A stretch of 38,055 nt of DNA from a virus (Duplodnaviria; Caudoviricetes). A model generated the notes under the pieces. The model made no database searches. It worked only from the letters and a program-made list of their open reading frames with translations, and was not told the DNA's origin. Shown piece after piece: positions 36,019-38,055 of the stretch. The stretch is from positions 1 to 38,055 of the IMG/VR virus record IMGVR_UViG_3300044475_000296. One strand, written 5' to 3'. Position 1 is the stretch's first letter; each line of letters opens with the position of its first letter. Both the position numbers and the translations under genes were made by a program.

Positions 36019-38055
36019 ATGAAAGACATCAATATTGAAATCAATGTTTGTGACAGCACAGGTAAAGCAACATGTACCGTTCATCCCCCTGTTTGCTGTC
36101 ATTCAGATAACGGAAGCGGTCAAGAACCCGGTGTCTCGGGTGTTGCCTCCGTATTCGGGCGTACCGGTGTCGTAACCGCACAATCCGGTGACTACACGGC
36201 CGATCAGATCACCGAAACCGCCACCAGAAAATTTGCTACGCCGGATGAAAAAGCGGTCTGGAATGCAAAGCAGGATGCATTAATTTCTGGCACCACTATT
36301 CGCACGGTCTTTGGTCAATCGCTGCTGGGCAGCGGTGATGTTTCACTAACGCCAGCACAAATGGGTGTTGCTACTGTCGGACACACCCATACCACAGCGG
36401 ACATCACCGACTACACACAAAAAACAAAACAGCTTATTCATTCCTCATTGGAAGCGGGGGCGGGCGTCACGCTGAGCTATAACCCTGCGAATGAGAAAAC
36501 CATTATCAGCGCTGCGGGCGGTGGTTCCGGTAGCGGTGGCTCTGGCTATATTGTTGCCGATCGTCAGGGCGCAACGGCAGGACAAAACCACGCGTTCAGC
36601 ATTCGTCCACAAAATACATTTAATCTCGCGGCGTATGCGCTGAAAGAAGTCGCTGGTGCAGCAAACCAAACTTATGTTGTTGATGACTTTAATGCCTCAA
36701 GTGAGCCCAATTACAACGCAACAAATGACGTTATTTTTGACGGTATAGCCAGCCTTTATACTGGTTCAAATTACCAGTTAACACCAGATGGAGAATTTTA
36801 CTCTGCTGAAATAAAAGCGGATGGAGAGTTGATAAGCATTCTTCAGAAAACATCGACAACACCAGTCACAGCGGAAAGCATCATTCCTGTAATGACAGCG
36901 AATAACGCGCCAGCGGGCTATGAAGCAATCGCAAGCTCAAACAGTAGAGACCCGCAGGCCGGATCTGCAATATATAAAGCGTTTAACCGATCTCAGGTTG
37001 GGGGGACTGATTCATGGACTAGCGATGGTGCACCTTCCGTGTCATCGCCACAATGGGTCGGCGTAAAGCTCCCTGCGTCCGTGCTTGCTAAAGGCTATTC
37101 CGTTGTGACCCGTAATCAGTTCGGGTATTCCAATTCGCCGCGTACCTGGACGTTTCAGGGGAGTCATGATGGGGTGACATGGACGGTATTACACTCTATT
37201 ACAAATGATACCCAGAATGTTCCTGGGCAGAAACGTACGTATGTTATTAATAACGATATCAGTTATCAATATTATCGTATTCATATCACGCTAGCGAACT
37301 ATGGAGTATTATCATCATTCGTCGGTGTTGATGAATTGGAAATTTATGAATCCCTGGATAAGTTTGTAATTAATTACGGCGGTAAAAATTACGGTGTCAA
37401 TAATGGATTATTGGAAGAGATTGTCGGTGAATTAACCGCGGAAAAAATTAGTTCACAGGGAATTGGCGGCGTTAATAACCTGCCATCATTATTCACTAGC
37501 CCTGTGAAAGTCATCTCCAATTCGGAAATGAATATTGAGACGAAATACACGCCATACTCACAGATTCTGACCCAGTCAGCGTTGACGTCATTAGCCAGTT
37601 ATAGCCAGATCAATGCCGCAACGTTAACGGCAACGCAGACGGGCAACGGTAAAGTCCGTGTTGCGGTGACGCGGGATTTGGTGAACTGGCATGTCTTGCG
37701 CAACGGGGCGTGGGTTGATATTGGAGCGCTGTCAGCCAATACGGCAGGGGCTACGGCGTTGATTGCAGATGGTATGACGCCAACTGAACTCGGCGCTATT
37801 ACGGCGGCACAGTGGACGCAACTGTTTGCATCCAGTAACGGCGTGCCGGATTCGCTTGCCTTTGCCTTCGCGCTTGATATCACCGATCCAGCGGCCGATG
37901 TCGCGACCATTGACCGACTGGTGCTGAACGTCAACGATGCGTCCAACTGGAAAGTGCAGTCCCCCGCGGAAGTGGAAATCCGCTGGCGCACGGACAGCGT
38001 GACATTCCGTACCGTAACGGCAGGCAATTACAAACTGGCGTATCAGGTTCCGTAA
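36019..38055 (+). CDS. Fibre-like discoidin-domain protein, paralog 3
   Basis: Same architecture; GGAG SD before ATG 36019; stop at window end. Confidence 0.8.
   Translation: MKDINIEINVCDSTGKATCTVHPPVCCHSDNGSGQEPGVSGVASVFGRTGVVTAQSGDYTADQITETATRKFATPDEKAVWNAKQDALISGTTIRTVFGQSLLGSGDVSLTPAQMGVATVGHTHTTADITDYTQKTKQLIHSSLEAGAGVTLSYNPANEKTIISAAGGGSGSGGSGYIVADRQGATAGQNHAFSIRPQNTFNLAAYALKEVAGAANQTYVVDDFNASSEPNYNATNDVIFDGIASLYTGSNYQLTPDGEFYSAEIKADGELISILQKTSTTPVTAESIIPVMTANNAPAGYEAIASSNSRDPQAGSAIYKAFNRSQVGGTDSWTSDGAPSVSSPQWVGVKLPASVLAKGYSVVTRNQFGYSNSPRTWTFQGSHDGVTWTVLHSITNDTQNVPGQKRTYVINNDISYQYYRIHITLANYGVLSSFVGVDELEIYESLDKFVINYGGKNYGVNNGLLEEIVGELTAEKISSQGIGGVNNLPSLFTSPVKVISNSEMNIETKYTPYSQILTQSALTSLASYSQINAATLTATQTGNGKVRVAVTRDLVNWHVLRNGAWVDIGALSANTAGATALIADGMTPTELGAITAAQWTQLFASSNGVPDSLAFAFALDITDPAADVATIDRLVLNVNDASNWKVQSPAEVEIRWRTDSVTFRTVTAGNYKLAYQVP

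Noticed and set aside
33202-38027. Three similar antisense ORFs (MPAVTVRNVT...) and short overlapping ORFs
   Set aside because: Mirror of the conserved C-terminal coding region of the paralogs; no independent support
31670-38055. Paralog array as prophage tail fibres, DGR or invertible shufflon
   Set aside because: Lies beyond the att/ushA junction; all are full genes in one orientation; no reverse transcriptase or invertase in the window; differences are not adenine-specific

Overview
Bases 1 to about 31355 are most of a temperate podophage prophage (T7/BPP-1/epsilon15-like virion genes) in an enterobacterial chromosome; the integrase/PL arm lies left of the window. Gene order: lambda-like immunity region (OL, cI, OR, cro), BRO antirepressor, initiator with iterons, DnaC-like loader, DnaB helicase, HTH regulator, portal, scaffold, capsid, tail tube proteins, GNAT, ejection proteins, morons (DUF2569-like; helical protein + HEPN), terminase, SGNH-esterase tail fibre, lysis cassette, then DUF3800 gene, small membrane ORF and LexA-controlled dinI. 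The right junction leaves an orphan ushA-like 3' end, followed by three tandem host paralogs with phage-fibre-like constant ends and a variable discoidin-like core. Main unexplained signals: (1) a six-copy palindrome RGTCRGRAWWCCGACC; five copies have a fixed-distance -10-like hexamer and an anti-SD arm straddling the predicted start site, suggesting a coupled transcription/translation late switch; (2) a structured RNA leader on the DUF3800 gene; (3) the variable-core fibre-like array. All homology calls come from motif recognition by eye, not database searches.
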